Source: Gracilinanus agilis (lineage: Eukaryota). From it: DNA of 64,000 bases. Under the pieces are notes generated by a model. The model saw only the letters and a list, made by a program, of their open reading frames with translations. It did not search any database and was not told where the DNA came from. Location of the stretch: the NCBI RefSeq assembly GCF_016433145.1, contig NC_058133.1, forward strand, positions 384,296,990 through 384,360,989, read 5' to 3'. Positions 12,347 to 25,984 of this stretch are shown here, piece by piece; the stretch's first letter is position 1, and every line of letters begins with the position of its first letter. Both the position numbers and the translations under genes were made by a program.

Positions 12347-13158
12347 TTGCATTGCATTAAAGAAAAGTGAAGCATGTTCTACAACAGAAGCATCCAGTGT
12401 TCTAGGAATCAGATCACTACCATGCCCTGGATATTACACTTGAGCTGAGAGGTTCTCACATCCTCTAATCCTCTATCCTTCCAGCAATGAAAACAATAAG
12501 TAAATGGGGAAGAATGAATTGAAGTAAGAATCTAGGGAACCTCTAACACATACATGCCTCTTTTATTGCTTCTGAGGTCCCCTGCTTATCACAGGAATTT
12601 AAAAAATGATGGCTGCTACTACAAAAATGGAACTGACTCCTAAGGTACAGAAGCAACAAATATTGTATCAACCATTGACATCTTTGCAACTAAACATGCC
12701 CCTTCACCAATGGCAAGACCTAAATCCTAATACTGCACTAGTCTACATACAAGAAAGTGCTCACATTCAGTGATGCTCTAGAAAGACCAACACTGACATA
12801 GGATTTTAGAACTCTAGATGCAAATGTCTTTTCTTCTTAGCTGTTTGACAATGAGCAAGTCAATTCTCTGACCTTCAACTTCATAATCTCTCAAATAAGG
12901 AGAATAATTTTGCAAATTAGAAGAGTCCTTAGCAAAAAATGATAAACTTAAAATGCTACAAAATATGTTCAGTATTACTTTCCCAACACTGTACACTCTA
13001 TTATCTCAAAATAATAATAAAGCTTTTCTATGTTTCCATTTTCAAAGAAGGCATCCATGGTCCTTATCTATCAGCAACCTACAATACTATGGGGTTAGCT
13101 GAATACTTAGTATTGATTCGAAAATATGGAGTTTTGGGGGTTTTTAAGTATTTTTTTT

Positions 13159-13335
13159 AAACCCTTGTACTTCGGTGTATTGTCTCATAGGTGGAAGATT
13201 GGTAAGGGTGGGCAATGGGGGTCAAGTGACTTGCCCAGGGTCACACAGCTGGGAAGTGGCTGATGCCGGGTTTGAACCTAGGACCTCCTGTCTCTAGGCC
13301 TGACTCTCACTCCACTGAGCTACCCAGCTGCCCCC
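13159..13335 (-). mobile_element. SINE1_Mdo-type SINE, youngest variant
   Basis: Full length, retains CpGs. Perfect 15-bp TSD ttaagtatttttttt at 13144-13158 and 13336-13350. Confidence 0.98.
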
Positions 13336-13366
13336 TTAAGTATTTTTTTTAAAATTTTTTTAGTTG

Positions 13367-13565
13367 TTTTTTTTAAACTCTCAGCTTCCATCTTTGAAGC
13401 ATTACTTTGTATGGGTTCCAAGGAAGAATAATGGTAAGGGCTAGGCAATGGGAGTCAAGTGACTTGCCCAGGGTCAAAAAGCTGAGAAGTGTCTGAGACC
13501 TAATTTGAACACAGGACTTCCATTTCTAGGCCTGGTTCTAAATTCACTGAGCCACCTCACTTATC
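13367..13565 (-). mobile_element. SINE1_Mdo-type SINE, older long-tail copy
   Basis: Diverged copy: ggtaagggctaggcaatgggagtcaagtgacttgcccagggtca. Confidence 0.9.
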
Positions 13566-14929
13566 CTTGTCTATTGGGTTTCTTAGAGCAGTTCAAGTGG
13601 CAAGCTTGAACCAAAAGGTCCATAGAATTCCCAACTGAGGAATAAAGCTTGACTGTATTAATGATAATACCACTCTGATGCTGCCTTGGCTACTGGAAAA
13701 CTAGTATAAACCTCATTCCTCATAGAAGAAAACTTTTGTGAATGAAGTTCTATTTTGTGCTCTGGCATGAATCATCTTCACTTCCCCTTCCCAATGAAAT
13801 ATTGAACTCTGCCCCTAAGACACTAGTTTGTTTCTGCTTAATCTTGCCCCAAAATTGGGTTCCACTTCATTTCCAGGTCATCCCAAACATACTACTGCCT
13901 ATTGCTTTCCCCACCCAAATTCTCTCTGCTTATTAATGTTATATGCTTTGTAAGGCTGTGTAAAGCTCTTTGAGGTTAAGAACTATTTCATCATATCTCT
14001 AGGACTTAGCACATTGCCTGGCATACAGTAAATTACTAATAAACTCTTCATTCAGCATGATTTGCTCCTTTTCATTGCAAGGAATAAATATTTGGAGGGT
14101 CTGAGGAAGAATCCCTGTTTTCAGTTTAATGGTTACCTATGATAATAGGTCAATATATATTGATAAAGGTAACTCATTCCAAAAAACAAAGGAAAACATC
14201 AATAATGAAGCACTGAAAACATCACAGTAAATAGGAAATTCTTTTACAAAGGTACAGCATATTTTTGGATAATATTATTCAAAAAGAAAATGGGAACTAG
14301 AGGAGGAAGAATACACACTAGAAATAAACTCTTTAAAATAATTTTCGACATGAATCCTTTTCATTTTTTACAATGAAGTAGTTTAATCAAAACACTTCTC
14401 TTAAATACATGCATTGTTCAAGGGATACATATTTATAAACTTATAGTAAAAATAGATATATGTACAACTTCCTTATGCAGAATAAAGGAGCTTTATCCCA
14501 GATGTCTTAAAGAAAAACTACAATTCTTCTGATGTTGGAACATTAGTGAGATAAAAAGAAAACCAGTAAATTCCATAAAAATACATTAAATTACTTCCTT
14601 AGTACATTTGTTTAAAAAGTCTCCTAAGATTAAAAAAAGAAAGATATCTCAAAAATGATTGCTTTGTTCATAACATTTTCAAGATGCAATAGCAACTGAT
14701 TGAAAATAGACAAATTTTCTGCATATTGGGTCTTTCTACTGCTGTATTTCTTCATAGTCTAAAAGATGAGCTTTCAATCATCAACACATACTTAATGGGC
14801 ATCAAGAATACATAGTAAGATAATATTAAATGATATGAACATGGACAGAAAAGCAAATGGGGAACATTGATGATATAAGTATTCTACCTAGTATTTACTT
14901 TTCATTACTGATCAGATCTTTTACTTTTC

Positions 14930-15400
14930 TGTTGCAAATTTTATTTTATTCTACATTTAAAAAACAAAAGAAAAGGAAATGTTTGCATATAAGGAAGGAA
15001 AAGTAACAAAGGATATAGGTAAATACAAATCTCTAATATATACAGATTTATTTTGAAAAGGTATATAATAACTATGACATTACTTTCAAAATTTTTATTT
15101 TTGCATGAATTTCCTTCAGTTCTCTTTTGTGTATTTTAAAAATACTTCAATAATCTGTTTTCTTTTTTTCATCACTTTTGGGACCTTATTTTTTTTTTAT
15201 CTCCACCTCTCCTTAATTTCCTCAATACAAAAAGAAAACTACAATCTTTATAACCAAAAAGCATACAAGCAAAACAAATCCATGCATTGGGTGTGTCAAA
15301 AAATGTTTCATTCTTCACCCAAAGCCCATCATCCTGTGTCATAAAGTGGCCAGCATGCTTTCTCTAGCAATATTCTCTGGAATAATGGTTTGACCAAGTA
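14930..15400 (-). mobile_element. Old L1 3' UTR
   Basis: caagcaaaacaaatccatgcattgg...tttcattcttcacc is typical of antisense old marsupial L1 3' ends. Confidence 0.55.
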
Positions 15401-16340
15401 TTTTTCCAGTAGGATGGAAAAAAAGGGAAATCAAGGTATTTAGATGATAAGAGTAGTGGAAAATGATCAAAATGGTAAAGAAAAAAAAGAAATAAAGAAA
15501 ATCAAATGAGAACAAGCTAAAAAAAAAAAGAATGTAATCCTTTTTAAGTTGTAGGGAGATAAGGAAATCAAGTACTCAGACTTTCCCCCATCCCTTAGTT
15601 CTCCAAGGCACAAGGGCATTCTTATCATATATTTCACAGAATTAAGACTGGTTCCAGTGTATTGCCTCAAACTACAACTTCCTATATGTTACTACTTAGA
15701 ATTTAAAGTAAAGGCATACTATGTATGTGAGTTCAAGAAGTAGTGTCTATGAATTTAACACATTTTAAAATATAAAATAACCCACCTTTATGCCTTCCTC
15801 TGTTTTAGTCCTGGGCCAAATTAATCATATTTCCATTATATACATATACAGTGTATATGTATATAATACACTTTTAATGGCAAATGCTACTTTAAAATTC
15901 ATGATGTGTTGTTATATAAAGTTAGTAATATACCTGTAACATAATTTCAACATTCACTTTTGTGTATTTTAAAAATACTTCAGTAATCTGTGGGCATCCT
16001 ATTATCATTTAAGATAGCTATTTCATCTGGTGAATATTTATCCAAACACAAAGTTGATGATTTTAAATAAAGCATGTGCTTCTTCAATAGTGAAACATAA
16101 ATTGTAGTCATCTACAATTAATGGATAATTGTAGCAAACTTCTACAATGAATGGATAAAATAAGTCAAACCCAACACAATAAAAGAAGAGTATGGAAGAG
16201 AGAGATGAGATGGAGATGATTTGGCCCTCAAATACAAATGTCACATTAAATAAAGCATACCTGGATTGGGATGTACCTATTTATTTAGGAATAATATTTT
16301 TAGCTAAAAGCCCACTGTAATACATTCAAAAGCTTATATG

Positions 16341-16538
16341 GGGAGCAGTGGGGTAGCTCAGTGGATTGAGAGCCAGGTCTAGAGACAGGAGGTCCTAGTT
16401 CAAATCTAGCCTCAGATACTTCCCAGCTGTGTGACCCTGGGCAAGTCAACTTGACCCCCATTGCCTACCCTTACCACTCTTCTGCCTTGGAACCAATACA
16501 CAGTATTGACTCCAAGACAGAAGGTAAAGGTTTTAAAA
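16341..16538 (+). mobile_element. SINE1_Mdo-type SINE, long tail
   Basis: Full length. Perfect 13-bp TSD aaaagcttatatg at 16328-16340 and 16539-16551. Confidence 0.97.
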
Positions 16539-18017
16539 AAAAGCTTATATGACAAATTTAATTAACAATTAATTAATTAAAAATAAAAATGACAGTCCTC
16601 AAAAGACAATATTAAATATTGCTTTTTGAAGTTCTATCCCATGGCAATGGAAGACTGTCTTTGTTATTTAGCTGAGCAAACAAAGGCATGGCTAGCTACC
16701 CAGGCAGCTTCCTTAAGTGAACTGGCCATTTGAAGAAAAAACTAAAGAGGTAAATTAATAATTAATCATGTTAGAGAACATTTGTTTGATTTGCAAACAT
16801 AAAATCTAAAGAAAAGTTATCATTGAAAGAATCGATAACGTAAAAATTTTAATGCTGGAATTTCATTTCCATATCTTAAGAAAAAAAACACCTGAACAAA
16901 TTCAACTTTAATCACTAGGTACCAACATCCTATTACCATATTCTTCAAATGGAGTGTTTGAAAACTTTTAAGTTAGTAAAGCCCTTTTCATAAAGTAACA
17001 GATGGCAAATATTGTGGCTCTAACAAATTGCCCCGTGGGCACCTGTAGCACCAGAAATATGAACTCCATTTTGTATATGACTACATGTCTTGACTGAAGG
17101 GAAATTTCAAGCAGAGGCAAGAATATTACAAAGAAAAAAATAGTTAACTGAGCTTTTTTTAAAAAAGCAAAAACAAAACAAAACCCCCAAAAAGATTGCA
17201 GGTTTATAGAAGTGGGAATAACACGGGTCACACAGGTTATGAATTGAAAGATTAAATCCAATTTGTTCTTTCTCTCCTGGGTTTGATTTTTGAAGTGAGA
17301 AAGGTTCAAGTTTTTGCCATAGGCAGCCCTACTCTACTCCTATGTATTAAAAGTCCTTGTGGAAAATAAATATGACCTTTGGCAAAGCAATCAGGTAATT
17401 TTTTTTCCCAACAAAAGATTTGGTAACTTCAGTTAATTGATGGTTTGGAAGGGCCAAAATGAGGTAAATGGGGAAAGCTAAGACTGAAATTTTCAAATAC
17501 TGCACCATCAATAGAAAATAAACAAATATTGTTAACATTTTAGGGCTAAATTTGACTTATCAATAGCTAACTAGTAAACAAATTTTTCATGATTGAGATT
17601 ATAATTTTAAAGGTTATATTGACTCAGGACCCAAATCATGAGTCCACATTTTTTCATTCAAATAGCTTTCAAAGAAATGAAAATCACATTTAAAGTCTGA
17701 CAGCTTGGTCTGTGGAAAGATTGTTCAAGAATAACCAGCTATTACTCCCACCACTAAGCAGTGGGTGCTTTTAAATCCCAATGACAAAAAAAAATCCATC
17801 TGAATGCAACACAGGGGGGGAAAATAGCAAAAACTTGGAGGCAAACCTCATTATCTTCCTAATGATACAATCAATAATTTGCAAAGGTAAAAGTTAAGAG
17901 TGTAGAATTTCCAGGTACCACCTAGTCAAGAAGTTTCAGGGAACCTAAGTGATTGCTCAGCACAGTCAGAGGTACACTTTTTACTTGAGGAAAATAGATT
18001 TCAAGAAGTAAAGGGGA

Positions 18018-18197
18018 GGGCAGCTGGGTAGCTCAGTGGATTGAGAGTCAGGCCTAGAGACTGGAGGTCCTAGGTTCAAATCTAGCCTGAGACACTTCCC
18101 AGCTGTGTGACCCTGGGCAAGTCACTTGACCCCCATTGCCCACCCTTACCACTCTTCCACCTAGGAGCCAATACACAGAAGTTAAGGGTTAAAAAAA
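18018..18197 (+). mobile_element. SINE1_Mdo-type SINE, short tail
   Basis: Full length. Perfect 12-bp TSD aagtaaagggga at 18006-18017 and 18198-18209. Confidence 0.97.
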
Positions 18198-20589
18198 AAG
18201 TAAAGGGGAAATAAATAGGTATAACTCAAGGTTAGAAACCTTAAAGAAAAAAAAAAGAATGTAGAGCTCATTTAGATGAAAGAATCTAAAAAGTGAAACC
18301 CTAACTAATAAAATTACCAAGAATTTAAACAATAATATATTCTGTGATAAGCTCCAATTTTTATAAAACACAAAGAGCCTCAACTACAGCCCGTTATCAA
18401 TACTCTGTAACCCTGTAAAGTATATCAAACTCTTAGTATTCTAGACAACTCTTTATACAAGGAATTCTTAACCTTTTTGGTGTCATAGAACCCCTTCATC
18501 ACTCTGGTGAAACCTATAGACTTCTTCTCAGAATAATATTTTTAATACATAAAACAAAATATCTAAGATTTCAAATGAAATCAATTATATTGAACTTGAG
18601 GTGCAGACATGCACATATAAATAAATACGCGATCATGCCAGGTTGAGAATCAGTACAGACCCACATTGTAGAGTTTGTTCACCTCTATCCCAATAAAATC
18701 ACAAATCAAAATATCAAATCCCCCTTGCTATATAAAAGAGGTGGAGGTTGGAGGACTCTTAATTAAAGGATAAAATTGAGTGTACAGTCCCTATTAAGAA
18801 GGGGCTGAATCGACAAGCATTATTTATCTTTTAAAAATGAGAATGAAGAGTAGTGATAGCTAACTGAAATATGTGACCAAGTTTCAGGTAAATGAAAATT
18901 GGATATTTTGAATTCTTCAGGGAAAAAGCCAAGACCCACTGGGTAGAAATTACAGGATGAACAATTTTGGCTCAACATCGGGATGAATTTTCTAATTGTA
19001 ATCAAAGTTCCTTTTTAGAGTACAATAAAAAAACACTACTGAATGTATGAATAAATAAAAGCAATTCAACATTAAAATAGCAACCTCTAAGTAGAATTCC
19101 TTTTCATCTGCAAGTATTTCAGCAGAGGTGAGAGACCTGTAGAGGAAATTTTTTCCCAAAAAATGCTTCTTAAATTAAATATCATCTCATTTAGTTGTAG
19201 CGCATATTAGGAAAATCTCTTTGGGATCTTCCCAATGGAAAAATACACATTGAATTTATTATACATATATTCATGTATGTCATATATATGTATCCCAAAA
19301 ACAATGCATGATAGTTGAGGGCAGAGAATATTTTATTTGTATTGATAGCTTGAGGATTTAGTACACTGCCTTGCACAGAAGCACTTAATACATGCTTGTG
19401 GATTGATAATTAACAATAACATAACATTAAGTTTTATGTCATTTATCAACCTATCTGCACACATCTATATATGGGACCTCAGAAACTTAACACCCTGCTA
19501 ATTGTGAATGCTGCTCTATAGTCAAGGCAGTGGAATATGCTAGGACTATACACACACACTGAAAAAAACTGCTTGAAAATACAAGTGTATACATGTGCCC
19601 TACAGCAAATATATCCAAATTTGCACCACTCAAGTGTATTTATGTTGGGTCCTGTTTTATCTCCTCATATTCTAAAAATAAGAAGCTATACTGGTCTAAA
19701 ATAACTTCAATTCCATGAGGATACATTGTTTATTCAGAACTCATGTAATACCCTTTAGGAGGACAGAACATGTCTCCCTTCTCCAAATTTGGAAATTACT
19801 ACATATCATTTTTTTAATCTGAAGAACCTTCCTTTAATGCCAAGTTTCATTCCATTCCCTAGTGACACAATGATGAAACTTGGACATGTTCATCAATTTA
19901 TAACTTAAGAGCCTGATTATATTTAGCTTGACCAATGGTGAAGAGGGCTGATATGGTTTTCCCTTGTTAGTTTACCTCTCTAGAAAACACAGTGGGGAAG
20001 AGTTATAAATACTGTATTCCAAAAGAAAAAAAAATCTTTTTGAAATGTTTCCTCAAGACTGCAAATTTAAAAAAAATCTCAAGAGTCCAGTCATCAATTT
20101 CTGACATGAGATCGAGGGGTTATAGAAATTGAATGATGAGTATGGAATTGATTTGTAGAAAATATCTAGTAAAGAATGGAGAGTTTGGGATCGCTGTGGA
20201 AAGTGAACTGATACCAATAAAATCATGGATCTTTTACATAGCAAGTTAAATTTAAATCAGTTATTTGAATTTGGGGTATGTAAAAATGTTTTGCACTAGG
20301 GATGTAAAGAAAGATATAATGCAGACAAGATTCTTCTTTTCCAAGAACTTGCAATCTACTGAGTGAAAATTAAGTTAAAGTAAGCAAAAGATAAGACTTC
20401 ACTGCCACTTGGGCTCATTCTCAAGATCTGTCCTTTTTACCTACTACCTTCCCAAACTGGAGATACTTTAAAGCTCCATTCTAACATTTGATAACACAGC
20501 ACAATGGAGTCATCAAGTTTCACCACATTCACCCCTCACATTAATCTCCAAACTCCTATATCTTCTTCACAACTGTAGCCTTCCCCATC

Positions 20590-21200
20590 CAAAGATCCAC
20601 TTACTGCCTCCTTCTAGCTATCTTATATATGTCCCTTCTCTCATTAGAATATAAGGTCTTAGTGAGAGCAAGTTATCTTTTTTGCTTAGCATTTACATAC
20701 TTAGTACTTATTTAGTGACTAGCACATAGTAAATATTTAACAAATGTTTTATCAACTAAGATATAGCTATGATACAAGAAAGAACAAGATAAAATAAAAA
20801 AGAGGACGAGGTAAAAGGGTAGGAACAGTTGTTCCCATTAATAAAGGACTTGAGAAAACTATAAAGGGAAAGATCTACAGCACAAGAACTTGGTTTATAG
20901 GTTGGACCTTTAAGAAGGAGAAGGACTTCAACAAACTGAAATGAGGGAAGAAATGGGCAATGGAAAGGGAAAAGTTTCCAGGAATTGGAAATGGAAGGTT
21001 CTGAAAGAAAAGCACTTTGCTGGAAACTCCAGTATGTAAAGAATGGTATAAGAGAAGTCAGGAAGGGTGGGTTGGTATTGACTCTGGAGGCTTTAAATCT
21101 CAGGTTTACCAAAGTTTAAGAGTATTGGCATGAACCTTTTCTTGAGGAAAAAAGGTGATTACAAGGTCAGAAATGCCTTTGGGACAAGTAAATTCATCAG
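20590..21200. mobile_element. Two opposed L2 fragments (+ 3' end to ~20755, then - strand)
   Basis: ttagaatataagg...cttagcacatagtaaatatttaacaaatg is a + strand L2 tail; the following purine-rich tract is antisense L2. Confidence 0.65.
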
Positions 21201-21289
21201 AAAGTATTTTCTTTCATATATATATATACATATATATACATACATGGATGCATGTATGTATATATATGTATAAGCTGTGAACTAATCCA

Positions 21290-21960
21290 TCCATTACACA
21301 GAAAAATTTGGAACTATGTTCCCAAATATATTGAATACATGCATACCCTTTGTCCCAGAAATAACACTACTTAGGTTTATGCTAACAGGAGATCAAAGAA
21401 AAAGGACCCATGTTTGCAAAAATATCTTTTAGCAGCTGTTTAAAAGGGTGGCAAAAACATTTAGAAATTGTGGCAGTGGTCATCAATTGAAAATGGCTAA
21501 ACAGGTTATGACATAAGAATGTGATAGACCATTATTATGTTGTTAAAATGATGAAAAAGATGATTTTTTAAAAACCTGGGAAGACAAAGTGAAGTAAGCA
21601 AAAATCCAAACAATCTATATTATAACATTAATAAATAATATAAATAAATCACAGATTATGAAAGATCTGTTAACTTGTATAATGATACACTATTAACTCC
21701 AAAGGACTCATGATATTAAAAATTAGCTACCTACAGACAGAGAACTGATGGACTGAAAGTGTAGACTGAAGCATATTTTTTATTCCTTTTTAAAAGTGTT
21801 CTTGTTTTTTTCCCCAGGACATGGCTAATGAGGTAATATATTTTCTATGACTCTATATGTATAATGGGTAGTATATTTCTTGCCTTCCCAATGGGTAGCA
21901 GAGGGGCTGAAGGCTGGCTGAGAATGTTGTACTTTAAAGAAAAAATAATTTAAAACAAAA
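21290..21960 (+). mobile_element. Old L1 ORF2 end / 3' UTR
   Basis: ttggaactatg...catgcataccctttgtcccagaaataacactacttagg...ggtggcaaaaa. Confidence 0.8.
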
Positions 21961-22724
21961 AACAAAAAAATATTAAAATTTTACATCACCAAATCTAGAT
22001 GATGTTCCTCTATCCCCTTTAAGAATCTTTTAAAAAATTCAGTAAAACTTATCAGCACATCAAATACACATGACATAATATTCCACATTCCATACCTGTC
22101 AATCCTAAATCTTTTCAGAGGAAAAGAGAAAAAGTGTTCAGATGACTTTCGAATAACTTATTCTTTATAATTCTTCAACATTAATTCTGAATTGTCTTAG
22201 AGATGTTTTTCCATAAACCTTGTATTGATGCATATAGAGTTTGTGTGACTCTACTTACCTCACTCTGCATCTCCATGTTTCTCAATATTACTTTTGTTAT
22301 CTTTGCTGATTTTCTGGGTGTGGCTTCAAGCCTTAGGGCAGTTGCCTTAATTTGAAACATTCTTTCATATGGCTGTTAATGGTTCAAAATTCTTATGAGA
22401 ATTATTTGGGGAATACTTTGACCTTCCAAGTAGCATTTTCATTGGACATTTGACATCATATAGTTTGATGAATTTGCATGATCAGTAAACATGGAACCAA
22501 AATGAATTAGAATTAATGAGTTGTTAATTAGGCAATGAGAAAAGTATTTGAGCAGAGGCATCTTGATCAAAAACTATACATGCTTACCATTTCTGATCAT
22601 TACCTTAAGAATCTTTTCCTAGTTTTTTAATATGTCAATTCTTTTTTCTAATCTTCTTATTTTCCCAAGGCCTGATATCATGAACAGTATTCAACAAGAG
22701 TTTAATAAATGCGTGTTGACAAAG

Positions 22725-23190
22725 AACTAGAAACTGAAGGAATGCACATCATTTAGGGAATGGCTGAAGAAGTTGTGATATATGATTGTAATGGAATACT
22801 ATTGTGTCATAAGAAACAAACAAAAAAAACTTGGAAAGACTTATATGAAGTGATACAAAGTGAAGTGAGCAGAACCAGCAATAAAATATAATGATCATCT
22901 GTAAAGGACTCAATTACTATCAGCAAAACAAGGATCCAGGACAACTCTAAGAAACTAATGATGAAAAAGGTTATCCACTGCCATAGAAAGAACTGGCATG
23001 CTTCACTTTATTAAATTGATATGTATCTTCTTTCACAACATGATTAATATGGAAATATGTACTCTATGATAACACATGTACCAGTAATATCCTATTACCT
23101 GCCATCATGAGAAGGAAGGAGAGAACATGAATCACAAAATGTCAAAAAAAACAATTGTTGAAAATTGTATAATGTAATTTAGATAAAAAA
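22725..23190 (+). mobile_element. Old L1 3' fragment
   Basis: ggaatggctgaagaagttgtg...aatggaatactattgtg...gtgaagtgagcagaaccag. Confidence 0.8.
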
Positions 23191-24202
23191 TTTAAAAATT
23201 TCAAATATGTGTTGAATTAATTAACCATTCTCCTCTAAAATTCATTTTTAAATTTAAAGATCAAGAAGATAACGTTGTAACTAAAATGAATCATTTATTC
23301 CAAACTGACCATAAAATATTAAAATGTAAAAATGGCCTAGGAGGGGAAGATTGAACCCTATGTGGCTAGGATGTAAAACACTGAGTTAAAGAGTATGTAA
23401 ACTGGGAAAGAAGGAACATTAAAATTGCAACAAGAATAAACTTGTGTCTTAATTGTGACTCTTATGAAATTAAACAACATAACAGTTTTTTTCAGTTGCT
23501 TATCTTCCCTACCCAATTTTAAATGCCTTGGAGTAAAGAAGTTTATGTTGTTTAGCATGTATCTTGGGTCTTATTTGTAACTTTCTCATAGAAGGGGCTG
23601 ATTAAATATTTGCTGAATAAATCCATATCAAGTGTGTAAATAATCCACAGAGCCAAGCAGAAAAACCTCTCTAAATAAAAAATATAATATGCTCCAGAAA
23701 CATTGCATGTAAACTGAATTATTTTTAACCAACCCACAAATTAAATACATGAGAAAAGATTTCTATGTAAATAAATCCAACAGTCAATCTTCCTAAAAAC
23801 TAAATAACCATCATATCTTTTTAATACCTTCCATACTATCAGGTATCATTAAAAATATGTGAACTAACATTTATGGAAAAGTTTGTTTTTTCTTTTAATA
23901 GACTCTCAATTAATAACGTAATTTTACAAAGGCATATCATAGCATTCACAGGACCTTACAAAATAAAAGTGGCCTAATAGCCAACTTCAACAAAGGGAAA
24001 ACATAAAAGAAAATAACAAGTTTAAAAAGTTAAAGAAAAAGTGCCATTAATGGCTTTATTTCAATCATTTTGTAACTTTAATCCCTTTGATTAAAAAAAT
24101 TAAATGTTTTTCTGAAAACTCTAGATAATAGAAAGAACTCCAAGCTGTGATGGCCCTACAGAACTAAAAATAGCAACTGAATTATGGGCAGAAGAATATT
24201 TT

Positions 24203-25434
24203 TAGTATACTTGTCAGATCTCTGGGAAAGGAAAGATTTTAAAACCAAGCAAGAGTTAGAAAAAAATCACAAAATGTAAAATAAATAATTTTGATCACAT
24301 TAAACTAAAAAGTTTTTGTACAAACAAAACCAATGCTACCAAAATTAGAAGGGAAGCAACAAATTGGGAAAAAATCTTTATAACACAAAACTCAGACAAA
24401 GGTCTAATTACTCAAATATATAAGGAGCTCAATCAATTGTACAAAAAAAAAAATCAAGCCATTCCTCAACTGATAAGTGGGCAAGAGACATGAATAGGTA
24501 ATTTTCTGATAAATCAAAAACATCAACAAACACATGAAAAAGTGTCCTAAATCTCTTATAATTAGAGAAATGCAAATCAAAACAACTCTGAGGTACCATC
24601 TGACACCTAGCAGATTAGCTAACATGATAGCAAAGAAAAGTGGTAAATGTCAGAGGGGATGTGGCAAAATTGGGACATGAATTCATTGCTGATGGAGTTG
24701 TGAATTGATCCAACCATTCTGAATGGCAATTTGGAACTATGCTAAAAGGGCTTTAAAAGTCTATCTGTCTTTTGATCCAGCCATAGCACTGCTTGGTTTA
24801 TACCCCAAAGAGATAATAAGGGAAAAGGCCTGTATAAAAATATTTATAGCCATGCTCTTTGTGGTGGCAAAAAATTGGAAAATGAGGGAATGTCCTTCGA
24901 TTGGGGAATGGCTGAACAAATTGTGGTATCTGCAGGTGATGGAATACTATTGTGCTCAAAGAAATAATGAACTGGAGGAATTCCATGTGAACTGGAATGA
25001 TCTCCAGGAATTGATGCAGAGTCAAAGGAGCAGATACAGGAGAACATTGTACACAAAGACTGATACACTGTGGTACAATCGAATATAACAGACTTCTCTA
25101 CTAGCAGCAATGCAAGGATACAGAGCAACACTGAGGGAATTATGAGAAAGAAAACTAGCCAGATTCAGAGGAAGAACTGGGAGTAGAAACACAGAAGAAA
25201 AACAACTGCTTGAACACATGTGCTGATGGGGATATTTTTAGGGATGTGGACACTAAACAATAACTCTAGTCCAACTATCAATAATATGGAATTAGGTCTT
25301 AATCAATGATATATGTAAAATGCAGTGGAATTGTGCATCAGTTATGAGGGGGTGGGGGAGTTTAGGGTAGAGGGAAAGAACATGAAACATGTAACTATGG
25401 AAAATATTCAAAATTAAAATAAAATTTTTTTAAA
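24203..25434 (+). mobile_element. L1 (L1_Mdo-type), 5'-truncated
   Basis: ORF 24723..25088 is the L1 ORF2p C-terminus (FDPAIALLGLYPKE...CPSIGEWLNKLWY). 11-bp TSD aagaatatttt at 24192-24202 and 25435-25445. Canonical four-G-run motif at 25348-25374. Confidence 0.96.
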
Positions 25435-25559
25435 AAGAATATTTTGTGAGTCTGAGCACATGCCCAGGTAAGTTTGGAGAGATCTGTCTGAAGGTTGACT
25501 ACCAAGTGAAGTTTTCTAGCTATAGCAGAACATAAAAACCATCTACTGAGACATACACA

Positions 25560-25840
25560 GATTTGTACTTATATAAAGAATGGAAGTTCCAACTGTTGGA
25601 GTTGGAATGCAGATAAAAGAATATACATTTTTTACGTCAATTTATTTGGGTTTTTATTTGGGTGTTTTGGTTTTAATAGGATTATTCTCTTACAACAATT
25701 AACAATATGGAGATATGTTTTGCATGATAATATAGTATAACCTAGATAGAATTGCCTGCCAGATCTAGGAGCACTTATGTAGAAATTTGTTATTATATAT
25801 AATTGGTAAAATAAAATATGTTTATAATTTTTTAAAAAGA
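25560..25840 (+). mobile_element. Old L1 3' UTR
   Basis: aacaatatggagatatgttttgcatgataa...taacctagatagaattgcctgcc. Confidence 0.65.
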
Positions 25841-25984
25841 GGAAACTCCTATGCCACTTAAATCAAGATGTATTTTGAATGATTGCAACCAGTAACTTAG
25901 AAGATAATTAGTAAAGAGCATTTTATACCAAACTATCTGAAATGTTTGAAGTTCTTAACTGGAAAGAAATGATATAAGGTTATG

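Noticed and set aside
18725-18745. TATA box (ctatataaaag) near AATAAA, possible promoter or LTR
   Set aside because: Common in AT-rich DNA; no CpG island, TG...CA ends or second LTR.
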